Origin: an uncultured candidate division Zixibacteria bacterium
GTDB taxonomy: Bacteria > Zixibacteria > MSB-5A5 > SM1-73
Direction: 5' to 3'
NCBI GenBank assembly: GCA_903908285.1
Contig: CAIVRH010000007.1
Coordinates: 9,398 to 73,397, forward strand
Length of the DNA: 64,000 nucleotides
The translations under genes and the position numbers were made by a program. Under the pieces are notes generated by a model that was not told where the DNA came from, did no database searches, and saw only the letters and a program-made list of their open reading frames with translations. Below are positions 45,662 through 56,377 of the stretch, piece after piece; within the stretch, counting starts at the first letter, position 1; the number at the start of each line of letters is the position of its first letter.

Positions 45662-45982
45662 CTACACGCACCCATCCGGTTTTGGCAGACCGGCAATTTT
45701 GCAAGCACCCTTGGCAGGACCCGAGGGGAACAGTTCGTAAATGCGGCGTAAAGGCAAGCCGGTGGTCTTGCAGATAGACCTGACCATCGGTGCCATATTG
45801 GTTTCCAGATAGTGGTTACGAATGAATTCGATAATCATCCAGTGTTCCGGGGTCAAATTGTCGATGCCTTCAGCCGCTTGGGCTAATGCTTCCGCCACCT
45901 GCTTATCCCACTGCTTGGAATCTGTTAGAAATCCCTCTTCATTAAGCTCGATCTTCTTACCTCTGACGTCGAGATGTGACAT
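45662..45982 (-). CDS. dsrC: DsrC/TusE family sulfur-transfer protein with both C-terminal cysteines
   Basis: EEGFL...HW...FIR...LFPSGPAKGACKIAGLPKPDGCV (C-x10-C). Confidence 0.88.
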   Translation of the reverse strand: MSHLDVRGKKIELNEEGFLTDSKQWDKQVAEALAQAAEGIDNLTPEHWMIIEFIRNHYLETNMAPMVRSICKTTGLPLRRIYELFPSGPAKGACKIAGLPKPDGCV

Positions 45983-46116
45983 AGGCGCAATTCCTCCGGT
46001 TAATAACTCTGACTACCAATGTAACTGTAATCCACTAGTTTGGCAATAGATTTCGGATTACTCCAAATTGGTTAAATAAGTTCGAAAATCGTCCACGAAA
46101 CGTTCCATCCTTTTAC

Positions 46117-46145
46117 TTGACAAAAGGCTGTTTATTTTGTATACT
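46117..46145 (+). promoter_or_regulatory. Sigma70 promoter
   Basis: TTGACA-17 bp-TATACT. Confidence 0.65.
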
Positions 46146-46407
46146 CGATCGACGCAAGGATTTCTTTGCGGCCAATGTAGAGGTAAGATAGGCGAGAGAA
46201 ACGAGGTATGGTCGGTTGCTATATCTGAACCTATGCAACAAGCTTTTGGGCATCTTCAAACTGATCTAAGGATTGATATTCGGAAGAATAAATTCCCAAT
46301 AATTTTCTGGTAATAACCGAAAATAAATAGTTTAACTTAAAAGTCGGATTAACCTATTTTCATTAACAGATTTCAGAAAGATAGTGATTCTGGAAGGAGA
46401 CGAAAAT

Positions 46408-47598
46408 ATGTCAACCCTTGGGTTAACGCTGGTAATCGCTCTGATTTCCCTTTTGGTCATTTGGAGGATTTATCGGGATGTGAAACTGGAAAGATCCAAA
46501 AGTATCATTCTTCTTGAGGTGATACTATTGGTTTGCTTAATCACCTGGGGTGTGGTATCTCGGATTAAATCAGGTAAGGAAAGCGGACCGGAAGAGATAA
46601 GCGGGGAAACCGCTAAAGTAGAAAAGACCACGAAAACAGAATCGACCCGGGTAACAAACCTTTTGTCCGGGCTTCAAGATTACATGGGCGATATGAGCCA
46701 GACCGATAAACCGGAAATACAGCTTCTATTTAAGCAGGGTTTGGAATATAAAATGAAGGGGGAGCATGATCAGGCTCTGCTGGCCTTCAAGCAGGCTTTG
46801 GACTTGGATCTTTCCGATGGGGAGAGGTTGGTTATTTTTCTTTTAATGGGCAATTCGGAAGCCTTTCTAAAAGAGTATGACTCGGCGGTAAATCACTATT
46901 ATCAAGCCGAGAGGTTGAGTAAGAACGTCCATAATGATACCGCTTTAGCGGTATCCTATTCAAATCTGGCTTTGGTTTATCAGCTGGCGGACAATCTGAA
47001 GGGCGCTTTAGAGAATTATTTCTATCTTTTGACCATGGATAGGAAGATGGGAAATAAACCGGGAGAGAAAAATACTTTAGCGAATATCGGTTTTATCTAT
47101 CAGGTGATGGGAAATGCGGACAGCGCTGAGGTTTATCATAAAAAATCTTTAGAGGTTACCGGAGCAGCAGATGATACTCTAACTCAAGCCGCGCAGCTGA
47201 ATAATTTGGCTTTGGCTTATCGGTCGAAGGGTAAGCCGGATAGCGCCCTAGTCCTGTATTCTCAAGCGCTTTCGCTTTTCCAGCGGGCAGGCGACTTTCG
47301 AGATGCTGCCAGTGTCTTAACCAACATCGGCTTGATATATCAAGAAACGGGAGAAATGGAGCAGGCATTAGATTATCATCACCAAGCTTTTACAGTCGAC
47401 AGCACCCTGGGTGATTTTGCGGGGCAAGCCGGTGATTTGACCAATATCGGCTCGGTTATGGAACAAAAAGGGGAGTTTACCGCTGCTTTGGAATTCTACC
47501 GGCGGGCTGAAGCTCTTTTTGAAAAAGCCAATGCCAAAAGGGAAGCCGAGTTTGTTGGTGAGAACATCCGCAGAGTGGAGAAGAAAATAAAAGGTTAA
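46408..47598 (+). CDS. Membrane-anchored TPR protein
   Basis: Two N-terminal TMs, then 40-aa-type TPR repeats (SNLALVY, ANIGFIY, NNLALAY); ATG follows GGAG. Confidence 0.85.
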   Translation: MSTLGLTLVIALISLLVIWRIYRDVKLERSKSIILLEVILLVCLITWGVVSRIKSGKESGPEEISGETAKVEKTTKTESTRVTNLLSGLQDYMGDMSQTDKPEIQLLFKQGLEYKMKGEHDQALLAFKQALDLDLSDGERLVIFLLMGNSEAFLKEYDSAVNHYYQAERLSKNVHNDTALAVSYSNLALVYQLADNLKGALENYFYLLTMDRKMGNKPGEKNTLANIGFIYQVMGNADSAEVYHKKSLEVTGAADDTLTQAAQLNNLALAYRSKGKPDSALVLYSQALSLFQRAGDFRDAASVLTNIGLIYQETGEMEQALDYHHQAFTVDSTLGDFAGQAGDLTNIGSVMEQKGEFTAALEFYRRAEALFEKANAKREAEFVGENIRRVEKKIKG

Positions 47599-47873
47599 GG
47601 TTAAAGAGAATGATAGCGGTATCCGGTAAATTGTTGTAGCGATGTGAAAATCCACTTTCAGCATATCGCCCTCATGGCCGGATTCAACTGAATTATCCCG
47701 ATTTTACTTAAATATAGATTCCAGCGCACAAGTATTTCACTTGCCCGAAACTCTAAAAGGACAAAACCATAATATACTGAATCTTCCTACCTGGAAAATC
47801 ATGGTCTTAAGATTCTCAAAGTGTTGATCTGCTGTATATTTAAAATAGGAGAGGATCGAAGAGAGGGGGATGG

Positions 47874-48998
47874 TTGAAAAGACTGAACATCCTGCAGTTG
47901 ATTAACGTCAGGTGGTATAACGCCTGCGCCTACTATGCGATCAGTTTATCTGCTGCCCTGAAGAAAAGAGGACACCAGGTGATAGTCGCAGGAGATCCCC
48001 AAAGCCCGCCGGTGCTGAAAGCCAAAGAACTTGGTCTTTCGGTCTTTGAAGACTTATATCCAAGCTACTCCACCCCCTGGATGATGGTTTACAATATCAA
48101 ACGGCTGGTGGACCTGGTAGCAGAGGAAAAAATCGACATCATCAATGCTCACCGGGGAGAAGGTCATCTGATAGCTGCATTGGCCAGAAAATTTGGAAAA
48201 AGAAATGTTCCTTTGGTCAGGACCCGGGGCGATGCAAGAATCCCGAAAGCCAATCTTTTCAACCGCCATTTGAATAATCGGTATACGGAGAAAATCATTA
48301 CTACCTGTCAGGTTTTGAGGGGGAATTGTATCCAAGTTTTGAAGATACCTGAAAATAAAGTGGTCAATATTCCTGGGGGAATTGATCACGACTTTTTTTC
48401 ACCGCAGGAGTGGGATAGAAATTGGGAGGAAAAACTTAATTTACCTGAAGGGAGTTTAGTGGTGGGGATATTGGGGCGGCTTTCTCCGGTTAAGGGACAT
48501 AAATATTTCATTCAAGCAGCAGAAATCGTTTTGAAAAAGTTTCCCCGGACCATATTCTTAATCTGTGGAACGGATGCCCAGATAAGCTTACTGGAATTGA
48601 AGGAGATGGTGAGAACCGTGGGAAGGGAAGAGAACTTCCGCTTCTTAGGGAAAGTGAAGGATCCCCGGGAGATCATCTCGCTATTTGATGTGGGGGTGGT
48701 AGCTTCGACCGGATCGGAAACCATCTGCCGGGTTCCATTGGAATATATGGCTATGGGAAAGCCGGTGGTGGGGACGAGAGTGAATGCCATCCCGGAAGTG
48801 GTAGAAGACGATGTTAACGGTTTGTTAGTCGAACCGAAGGATGCTCCCCAAATGGCTGAAGCGATGATGAGGTTATTGGGGGATGAACAATTAAGGCAAC
48901 GCTTCGGCGAGATAGGTCGGCAGAAGGTGGTGGAGAAATTCACTTTGGATTGCTTTGCCCGAAGAACGGAGGAGGTCTATTTCAGTCTATTGGATTGA
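47874..48998 (+). CDS. Glycosyltransferase family 4
   Basis: GRLSPVKGH, ETICRVPLEYMAMGKPVV. Confidence 0.92.
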   Translation: MKRLNILQLINVRWYNACAYYAISLSAALKKRGHQVIVAGDPQSPPVLKAKELGLSVFEDLYPSYSTPWMMVYNIKRLVDLVAEEKIDIINAHRGEGHLIAALARKFGKRNVPLVRTRGDARIPKANLFNRHLNNRYTEKIITTCQVLRGNCIQVLKIPENKVVNIPGGIDHDFFSPQEWDRNWEEKLNLPEGSLVVGILGRLSPVKGHKYFIQAAEIVLKKFPRTIFLICGTDAQISLLELKEMVRTVGREENFRFLGKVKDPREIISLFDVGVVASTGSETICRVPLEYMAMGKPVVGTRVNAIPEVVEDDVNGLLVEPKDAPQMAEAMMRLLGDEQLRQRFGEIGRQKVVEKFTLDCFARRTEEVYFSLLD

Positions 48999-49158
48999 AG
49001 TTTGAGAGATGAAAAGCAGAGCAGTTATTTTATATTGATGCTGTATCCGATTTTAGTTTTCCCAGCTGCATGGACTCGGAGAAAGACCTTTTGAAGACGC
49101 TATTTTAATTCTGTTTGCTTAAGGTAAACACTCCAGACCGAACTTTTTGAAATTTATC

Positions 49159-50388
49159 ATGACCAAAGAAAATCTAGTAGGTACAATAGATAAGATTATC
49201 TGGTTCTCTTTGTGTGGTTTTGCCTTCTTTTCCCCCTGGTCCATTGCCGGAGCACAGTCTTTCCTGATATTGGGACTTCTGGGATGGTTGGTGAAGATGC
49301 CGGTTTCGGGGAGGATCGATTTCGTCCATACACCTCTGAATCTACCGATTCTGCTTTACTTGATAACACAAGTAATCTCTGTGATTTTCTCTCCCCTCAA
49401 AGTTCATAGTCTATTAGCTCTAAAAGAAGAATGGCTGTTTCTTTTGTTCTTCCTGATAGTTAATAATGTCAAGCCGGAGGATAAGATAGTAAAATTGGTT
49501 ACGATTCTTTTGGCAGTTTCCGGTCTGGTGGGGCTCTATGCCATCTGGCAACACTATTCCGGAATGGATTTGTACCGGCACCGGATGCTTGTTTCTAGAG
49601 GAGGGGTCTTCATCAGTACCGGGCTATTCGATCATCACCTTACTTTCGGCGGATACTATATGTTGGCTTTTCTCTTGGCTCTGGTGATGGTTTTAAGTTC
49701 AAAAAGAAAGGGGGGACTGAGAGTTCTCGATTTGGCTGCTCCGGTCATCATCGGGTTGTCCTTAATCTTCTGTTATGCCCGAAGCGCCTGGCTGGGAGCA
49801 GTGGCGGGAATTTTAATTTTCGGATTTTCGAAGGGAAGAAAGTTCGCGCTTATTTTGTGCTTAGGTATGATCGTACTGGTGCTGGCAGTCTTTGTGATCG
49901 AGCCCACCAGCTGGGACCGGATAAAGGAAATTAGCCTTTCCCGGGACAAGGATAAGGCGGAGTCGACCCGGATCAGATTGTGGCAGACCTCCATAAACAT
50001 GATAAAGGACAAGCCCATCTGGGGGATCGGTCTAGGCAATTTTACTCAGTTATTCGAGCAATATAAGGTGGAGGGATACTATGATACCAACTGTCATCCT
50101 CATAACGATTATCTAAACATGGCGGTCAATTCAGGATTCTTGGGACTTTTGGCTTATCTGGGCATCTGGATAGTGTTTCTGTATAGCAGTATCCGAGCGA
50201 TGATCAATAACAAAAGGAAGGGATTCCCTTATTGGATCCAAATTGGCGGGGTGGTAGCCATCATCTCTTTTATGGTTGCCGGTCTGTTGCAATGCTATTA
50301 TAGCGATGCGGAGGTGAACATGCTGGTCATGTTCATTTTGGGCATAACCGTGGCTTCAAATCTTAGATCAAACGAGGTCCAGTCTTGA
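49159..50388 (+). CDS. O-antigen ligase family protein
   Basis: Multi-TM, ARSAWLG, RIRLW, GIGLGNF, HPHNDYL. Confidence 0.9.
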   Translation: MTKENLVGTIDKIIWFSLCGFAFFSPWSIAGAQSFLILGLLGWLVKMPVSGRIDFVHTPLNLPILLYLITQVISVIFSPLKVHSLLALKEEWLFLLFFLIVNNVKPEDKIVKLVTILLAVSGLVGLYAIWQHYSGMDLYRHRMLVSRGGVFISTGLFDHHLTFGGYYMLAFLLALVMVLSSKRKGGLRVLDLAAPVIIGLSLIFCYARSAWLGAVAGILIFGFSKGRKFALILCLGMIVLVLAVFVIEPTSWDRIKEISLSRDKDKAESTRIRLWQTSINMIKDKPIWGIGLGNFTQLFEQYKVEGYYDTNCHPHNDYLNMAVNSGFLGLLAYLGIWIVFLYSSIRAMINNKRKGFPYWIQIGGVVAIISFMVAGLLQCYYSDAEVNMLVMFILGITVASNLRSNEVQS

Positions 50389-51140
50389 ACCGGATATCCG
50401 GCATCATCATAACTTACAATGAGTCCAAGAACATCCGCCGGTGTTTGGAAAGCGTGAGCTGGTTGGATGAACTGGTGGTGGTGGATTCCTACAGCACGGA
50501 TGATACCAAGCAGGTAGTCTCCGAATTCACCGACAAGATATACGATATAAAATGGGAAGGTTTCGGTCCAGCCAAAGAGTATGCGAAAAGTCAAGCCTCA
50601 GGTGTTTGGATTCTCTCGGTGGATGCGGATGAAGTGGTTACCGAGGAATTGAGAGCAGAGATCAAAAGGATCGTGAGTTTGGCTGATCCTCTGGATGGTT
50701 ACTTCCTTCCCCGAAGTTCATATTTCCTGGGAAGGTGGATGAAGCGGGGGGGGTGGTATCCGGATTATGTTTTACGACTATTCAAGAAAGATAAAGGGAG
50801 TTTCACCTCCCGGGTGGTGCATGAGGAGGTGGTAATCCGAGGAAAAACCGGACATTTGAAGAATGATCTGCTTCATTATACCGATCCGAACTTTGAGCAT
50901 TATCTGGAGAAATTAAACCGTTATACCTCACTGGATGCGCTCCGATTATTCCAGGAAGGGAAAAGAGCTTCACTCTCTGATATTATATTCAGACCGGGGT
51001 TGGCCTTTTTCAGGATGTATCTTTTTAAATTCGGATTCTTAGACGGTTTACCGGGTCTGATTCTGGCAGTCTCGTCGGCATTCCACGTTTTTTCCAAATA
51101 CACCAAGCTATGGCACTTAAACCAATCCAAGGCCAATTAA
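50385..51140 (+). CDS. Glycosyltransferase family 2 (WaaE/KdtX-like)
   Basis: IITYNE, VDSYSTD, DADE, WYPD, VHE. Confidence 0.92.
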   Translation: MNRISGIIITYNESKNIRRCLESVSWLDELVVVDSYSTDDTKQVVSEFTDKIYDIKWEGFGPAKEYAKSQASGVWILSVDADEVVTEELRAEIKRIVSLADPLDGYFLPRSSYFLGRWMKRGGWYPDYVLRLFKKDKGSFTSRVVHEEVVIRGKTGHLKNDLLHYTDPNFEHYLEKLNRYTSLDALRLFQEGKRASLSDIIFRPGLAFFRMYLFKFGFLDGLPGLILAVSSAFHVFSKYTKLWHLNQSKAN

Positions 51141-51407
51141 ATCAGTGAAGAATCTACAGGATAAAAAAGAGGTGAAGTTCTTTACGGGGTGACATCGTAT
51201 AATTTATGCAGACACTGGCACCACAGATATAAGCAATGGTCTTGTAAAAGTTTCCCGAAGTGTAAAAGCAGTTTTAAACGGGATATTCGACTTCAGCCTG
51301 ATCTGAGTCTTCTGCGATATCTTATAATTGGATACACCTGAAGGTGAACACTCCGTTTTTCCATATCCGATTATTGTGTCATTAGCTCCGTTCCCGGGGT
51401 AAATTAT

Positions 51408-52496
51408 ATGAGAAAGCTTAAACTCACCGGTAAAGAGAAATTTCTGGTGATAAGGACCGACCGCATCGGCGATCTGGTTTTATCCACGCCGGTTTTGACA
51501 GCTATAAAATTCCACTTTCCGGGATCGCACATAACCATGATGGTGTCACCGTACGCAGCGGACGCACTCGAAAACAATCCTAACATAAACCAGGTGATAC
51601 TAGACGATAGGATAAATAAATACCCGGGAGTCAAAGGCTTCATTCGGTTGGTTAGAAAGATAAGAAAAGGGAAATTCGAGGTGGGGATTCTGCTTAAGCC
51701 GACTTTTAGATTGGCATTTTTGCTTTTTCTTGCCGGAGTAAAATACCGAATCGGAACCGGCTTCAGGCTTTACCAGATATTCTTCAATCGAAAAGTCTAT
51801 GTGCATCGAAAGGTAAATCTAAAACACGAGGTGGAATACAATCTGGATCTGTTGAGTTCCCTGGGAATTACCCCCGGGGAAATTTTTCCTAAAGTATATG
51901 TTTCTCCCCCAGAGGAGGAGTTTGCCCGCCGGACCTTCGAGGAGTCCAGACTTATGCCTGAGGACATCGTGGCGGTGATCCATCCCGGAAGCGGGGATTC
52001 TTCACTGAATCTCCCCGCCAAGAGATTTGCAGAAGCGGCGGACGAACTGGCGGAAAAACTCAACGCCAGGATAGTCTTTACCGGTTCGGAAAGAGAGAAG
52101 AATCTGATCGGATTCATCAGAAGCCACATGCGGCATGAATCCATAAATCTGGCAGGGAAGACTACACTTCGCCAGCTGATGGGCATCCTGAAATCTTGTG
52201 ATGTGCTGATCTCTAACAGCACCGGGCCTATGCATCTGGCTTGCGCCTTGGGCACACCTACTCTAGCCATCTTCTGCCCGATTTTTGCCGCAGGTCCGAT
52301 CCGATGGGGACCTTATGGAGAGGGACACCAGGTCATCCTACCTCCGGTTCCGGTCTGTTTCAAATGCAAGCCTGAGGGATGTCCACACTTTAATTGTATG
52401 GAAAAGATAGGAGCGGATCAGATAGTTTCCCAGGTAAGTCTGGTCTTACAGGAAAAAATAAGAATCAAGCGGAGTTTGAGAAATATCGACAAGTGA
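51408..52496 (+). CDS. Glycosyltransferase family 9 (heptosyltransferase-like)
   Basis: RTDRIGDLVL, HPGS, NSTGPMHLA. Confidence 0.92.
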   Translation: MRKLKLTGKEKFLVIRTDRIGDLVLSTPVLTAIKFHFPGSHITMMVSPYAADALENNPNINQVILDDRINKYPGVKGFIRLVRKIRKGKFEVGILLKPTFRLAFLLFLAGVKYRIGTGFRLYQIFFNRKVYVHRKVNLKHEVEYNLDLLSSLGITPGEIFPKVYVSPPEEEFARRTFEESRLMPEDIVAVIHPGSGDSSLNLPAKRFAEAADELAEKLNARIVFTGSEREKNLIGFIRSHMRHESINLAGKTTLRQLMGILKSCDVLISNSTGPMHLACALGTPTLAIFCPIFAAGPIRWGPYGEGHQVILPPVPVCFKCKPEGCPHFNCMEKIGADQIVSQVSLVLQEKIRIKRSLRNIDK

Positions 52497-52693
52497 TAAA
52501 GTTGAGTGTTCACCTTTAATTGAACCAGCATGAGGGTTATCGGTCTCTAATTCTTTTTGGTAAAACTGAAACCTTACGCTTCAGGATAATTTTTTGGGAA
52601 TGTAAACTTTTATATTTACCTTGTATTATAGGTATTTTACAACAGGCAAAACTGAAGCTTTGTACTCCAGATGAAGATTAATTGATTTAAGAG

Positions 52694-54871
52694 GTGAGAG
52701 AAGTGAATTTAGCCGAGTTTATCATCCGGGTGGAAGCATTTAACGCCAACATAGACATTCCCCTCATCCGAAAAGCATTCGAATTTTCGGAAAAGGCTCA
52801 CAGCGGACAATACCGGGAATCCAAAACGCCATATCTGGAACACTGTCTGGAAGTGGCTTTCATCTTAGCCGAACAGCATTTGGATTCAGCCACTATCGCT
52901 GCCGGGCTTCTGCATGATGTGGTGGAAGACACCGACACAACCATAAACAGAGTGAAAGAGGATTTCGGAGAGGAAATCGCCCAGCTGGTGGATGGGGTTA
53001 CCAAGATCGGAGAGCTTAAGTTCAAAAGCTTAGAAGAGGAGCAGGCGGAATATTTTCGCAAAATGCTTCTCTCCATGACTAAAGATATTCGGGTGATCAT
53101 CATCAAGCTGGCGGATCGTTTGCATAACATGAGAACTTTAGATTCTTTAGACAAAGAAAAGCAGAAGCGGATCGCCTTAGAAACTCGGGAAGTTTATGCC
53201 CCATTGGCTCACCGTTTTGGAATGGCGAAAATAAAATGGGAACTAGAGGATCTCTCCTTAAAATATCTCGATCCGGAAGCTTACAATGAATTAGTTCGTA
53301 AGGTGGATGAGCGGATCGAGGACCGGGAAGCATATATCCGGGAGATCACCGGACCTTTAAAAAGGGAGCTGGAGAAAGCAGGAATCAACGCGGATCTTAC
53401 CGGAAGGCCGAAGCATTTCGATTCCATCTATCGCAAAATGAAAAAGAGACAAAAACCATTCGAAGAAATCTTTGATTTGTTTGCCATTCGCATCATCGTT
53501 AACTCGGAAGGTGATTGCTACCATGTTCTGGGCATCGTTCACACTCTATGGATGCCGGTGGCGGACAGGTTCAGGGATTATGTGGCTCTCCCCAAATCCA
53601 ACATGTATCAATCCCTTCATACCACGGTGATCGGTCCCCGGGGAAAGATGGTGGAGATCCAGATCAGAACCCATCAGATGCACCGCACCGCGGAATATGG
53701 TATAGCCGCCCACTGGTTATATAAGGAGGGGAGAAGGGAAGCGGATGAATCGGATAAGCAGATGACCTGGTTGAGAGAGGTCTTGGAGTGGCAAAAAGAT
53801 CTGACCAACCCTTCCGAGTTCTTGGAGTATCTTAAAATCGATCTTTTCCGGGATGATATCTTCGTCTTCACTCCCAAAGGCGAGCTCAAACAGCTGCCCA
53901 AGGGATCGACTCCGCTGGATTTTGCCTATGCCGTTCACAGTGAGGTGGGAAACCATTGCATTGGCGCCAAGGTGGATGGGAGGATGGTTCCACTGAATAC
54001 GATCCTGGCAAGCGGGCAGGAGGTGGAGGTGGTTACCTCTCCGCATCAGAATCCCTCCCAGGACTGGCTTAAGATCGTAAAAACTCCCCGGGCGCGCAGC
54101 AAGATAAAACACTGGTTAAGGCAAAAAAGATATGAGGAACACGTCAATTTAGGCAAAGAGATATTAGAAAAAGAATTGAAAAAACATAGCGTGAAGATAC
54201 CCACCGAAAATGAGTTTACCGATTTGGCGATGGGGCTGAATTTCCGCGATTCCGGGGCGATGTTCTTTGGAATAGGAAACGGCAGTTACTCATTCCAGCA
54301 CATTTTAAGCAAACTGGTGCCCCCGGAAAAACTGAAGGAGATCAGACCTTCCATTATCCAGAGGTTCGTGGACAAAGCCCGGGGGGGGGTAAAAGGGATC
54401 AGAGTGGGGGGAATGGGAAACATGATGTTTCGTTTTGCCCAGTGTTGCCAGCCCATACCAGGGGAGGCGATCGTGGGATTTGTCACCCGGGGAAGAGGAG
54501 TCTCCATTCACCGAGCCGATTGTTCCAATGCGCTGCAGATGCTGATGCAGGAGGAAAGAAAGGTGGAAGTGGAATGGGACGTGGGGAAAGATCAATCTTT
54601 CATGGTCAAACTGGATATTTTAGTCCAGGACCGGAAGAATATCTTAAGGGACATTACCCAGGCCATAGCGGATACCGATACCAACGTTCGGGGCGCTGAA
54701 ATCAAAGGAGGAGAGACCACCAGCATAGGAAATTTCATCATCGAGGTAAAAAACATCAGCCATCTGAACAAAACTCTAAAGAAGATCAAAAATGTGAAAG
54801 GGGTCATCCAGGCTGAAAGAGCCAAGGGGAGCGAGTGGATGGAGGAAACGTCAAAAGATGAGATCAAATGA
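52694..54871 (+). CDS. relA: Bifunctional (p)ppGpp synthetase/hydrolase (RelA/SpoT)
   Basis: HDVVED, KLADRLHNMRT, YQSLHT, EIQIRT, TGS domain, AQCCQP, ACT domain. Confidence 0.96.
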   Translation: MREVNLAEFIIRVEAFNANIDIPLIRKAFEFSEKAHSGQYRESKTPYLEHCLEVAFILAEQHLDSATIAAGLLHDVVEDTDTTINRVKEDFGEEIAQLVDGVTKIGELKFKSLEEEQAEYFRKMLLSMTKDIRVIIIKLADRLHNMRTLDSLDKEKQKRIALETREVYAPLAHRFGMAKIKWELEDLSLKYLDPEAYNELVRKVDERIEDREAYIREITGPLKRELEKAGINADLTGRPKHFDSIYRKMKKRQKPFEEIFDLFAIRIIVNSEGDCYHVLGIVHTLWMPVADRFRDYVALPKSNMYQSLHTTVIGPRGKMVEIQIRTHQMHRTAEYGIAAHWLYKEGRREADESDKQMTWLREVLEWQKDLTNPSEFLEYLKIDLFRDDIFVFTPKGELKQLPKGSTPLDFAYAVHSEVGNHCIGAKVDGRMVPLNTILASGQEVEVVTSPHQNPSQDWLKIVKTPRARSKIKHWLRQKRYEEHVNLGKEILEKELKKHSVKIPTENEFTDLAMGLNFRDSGAMFFGIGNGSYSFQHILSKLVPPEKLKEIRPSIIQRFVDKARGGVKGIRVGGMGNMMFRFAQCCQPIPGEAIVGFVTRGRGVSIHRADCSNALQMLMQEERKVEVEWDVGKDQSFMVKLDILVQDRKNILRDITQAIADTDTNVRGAEIKGGETTSIGNFIIEVKNISHLNKTLKKIKNVKGVIQAERAKGSEWMEETSKDEIK

Positions 54872-55592
54872 TTTAGTACAAAGATCTGTCAACCATTTTC
54901 GATGGCTTACTTTTCCGGTACTGGAGGAATACAATTTCGTTGTTAGTGGATTTATGGTAAAAAATCGGGTTCCCTTTGATGGAAAAGCACTGAAGCCGGG
55001 CATCTTTTTTAAAAATATCACCCGCCCAGCCAGACCGGTTATTTCCCTCAAACAAGTGCACCAGGATGAATGCGTGATTATCACCTCAAGGGGAAAGTTG
55101 AAAAAAAGATACCGGGGGGATGCCATTCTGACTAACCGGAAAGATATTTTGATTTCTATCCAGGTGGCGGATTGCGTGCCCATATTTTTGGTGGAGGAGA
55201 AGAGAAAGGTGATAGGTTTGATTCACGCCGGATGGAAGGGAACACTGTTAGGGATTGCCCGAAGAACCATGGAGGAAGCCAGGGATCGGTTGGATTGTAA
55301 ACCGGCGAATTTTACGGTGGTATTTGGACCGTGCATCCGGAGCTGTTGTTATCGGGTTTCGGATGACATCTCGGTGCTGTTTGATGAAAAATGCACCCGT
55401 CGACCGGTAAGAAGTGAAGTAAGGCTGGACTTGATTCGTGCAAATATGCAACAATTTTTGAATTGTGGAGTAAAAGAAGATAGGATATTTGCCACCGCCA
55501 ATTGTACTGGCTGCAATGCCGAGTTATTTCATTCATACCGGCGGGAAAAAGAGAATGCCGGGAGAATGACTGGATTTTTAGGATTGAAATAA
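54858..55592 (+). CDS. YfiH/PgeF family protein
   Basis: KQVH, DAILT, VADCVP, HAGWKG, GPCI, SYRR. Confidence 0.9.
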   Translation: MRSNDLVQRSVNHFRWLTFPVLEEYNFVVSGFMVKNRVPFDGKALKPGIFFKNITRPARPVISLKQVHQDECVIITSRGKLKKRYRGDAILTNRKDILISIQVADCVPIFLVEEKRKVIGLIHAGWKGTLLGIARRTMEEARDRLDCKPANFTVVFGPCIRSCCYRVSDDISVLFDEKCTRRPVRSEVRLDLIRANMQQFLNCGVKEDRIFATANCTGCNAELFHSYRREKENAGRMTGFLGLK

Positions 55593-55617
55593 TAACCATC
55601 GGACGGAGGAGACAAAA

Positions 55618-56223
55618 ATGAAGAAATGGATGCTGGTTTTGATTCTGCTTTCCTTAAGCTCAAGTGCCTGGGGAATTACCGGTCTGGGCATAGGCATAAA
55701 AGGAGGAATGATTCAGAATTACTCATACGATAAGCTGGATTTGATCCCCACCCTAAATCATGATTGGTTAAAACAGATGCCCACCATCGGAGTTTTTCTT
55801 AAAATCGGAACATTGAGGATAATCCATCTGGAGGCGTCGGTAGAATACGCCTGGAAGAAAAAAGAGATTGTTTTGAAGGTGCCTGGTGAGGAACGTTCGA
55901 TCAAAGCGGATTTCAGCATAAACGACCTATCCCTGAATGGCACCGCTAAGTATATATTCTCTTTTCCAGTATTGAAACCATATCTGGGTCTAGGCGCGGG
56001 AATACACAGATTGGTTTACGGACTTTCCTCTGGAGCTAACACCGGATTTATGCCGGACGATCAGAACAGAATAGGAATTCATGGAGTAGCAGGAATTGTC
56101 CTTTCCTTCCCCGTCCTTCCACTAGAGTTTTTGGCTGAAGCCAGATACACCAACATCCAGACCACAGGTAAATCCACACATTACACCACAATCCTGGGGG
56201 GGGTGACATATAACCTTCCCTAG
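55618..56223 (+). CDS. Outer-membrane beta-barrel protein
   Basis: Signal peptide, alternating beta pattern, PYLGLGAG. Confidence 0.8.
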   Translation: MKKWMLVLILLSLSSSAWGITGLGIGIKGGMIQNYSYDKLDLIPTLNHDWLKQMPTIGVFLKIGTLRIIHLEASVEYAWKKKEIVLKVPGEERSIKADFSINDLSLNGTAKYIFSFPVLKPYLGLGAGIHRLVYGLSSGANTGFMPDDQNRIGIHGVAGIVLSFPVLPLEFLAEARYTNIQTTGKSTHYTTILGGVTYNLP

Positions 56224-56314
56224 AACACAAAGAACCAGCCGAATGAATTCTTTTCTGTCCCTGGAATTTTGGGCTTCACTTTTCTATCCGGTGGTTCAGG
56301 TAATAAACAAAGAG

Positions 56315-56343
56315 TTGACAAACAGCTAAGGGTATGTTATAGT
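56315..56343 (+). promoter_or_regulatory. Sigma70 promoter
   Basis: TTGACA-17 bp-TATAGT with extended TG. Confidence 0.7.
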
Positions 56344-56377
56344 TCTTGCCGGGGAAGTGGTTATCCGGAGGATGAAG

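Noticed and set aside
54381-54389. G9 tract in rel as a phase-variation site
   Set aside because: It is in frame (Arg-Gly-Gly-Val) in a core gene, with no evidence of length variation.
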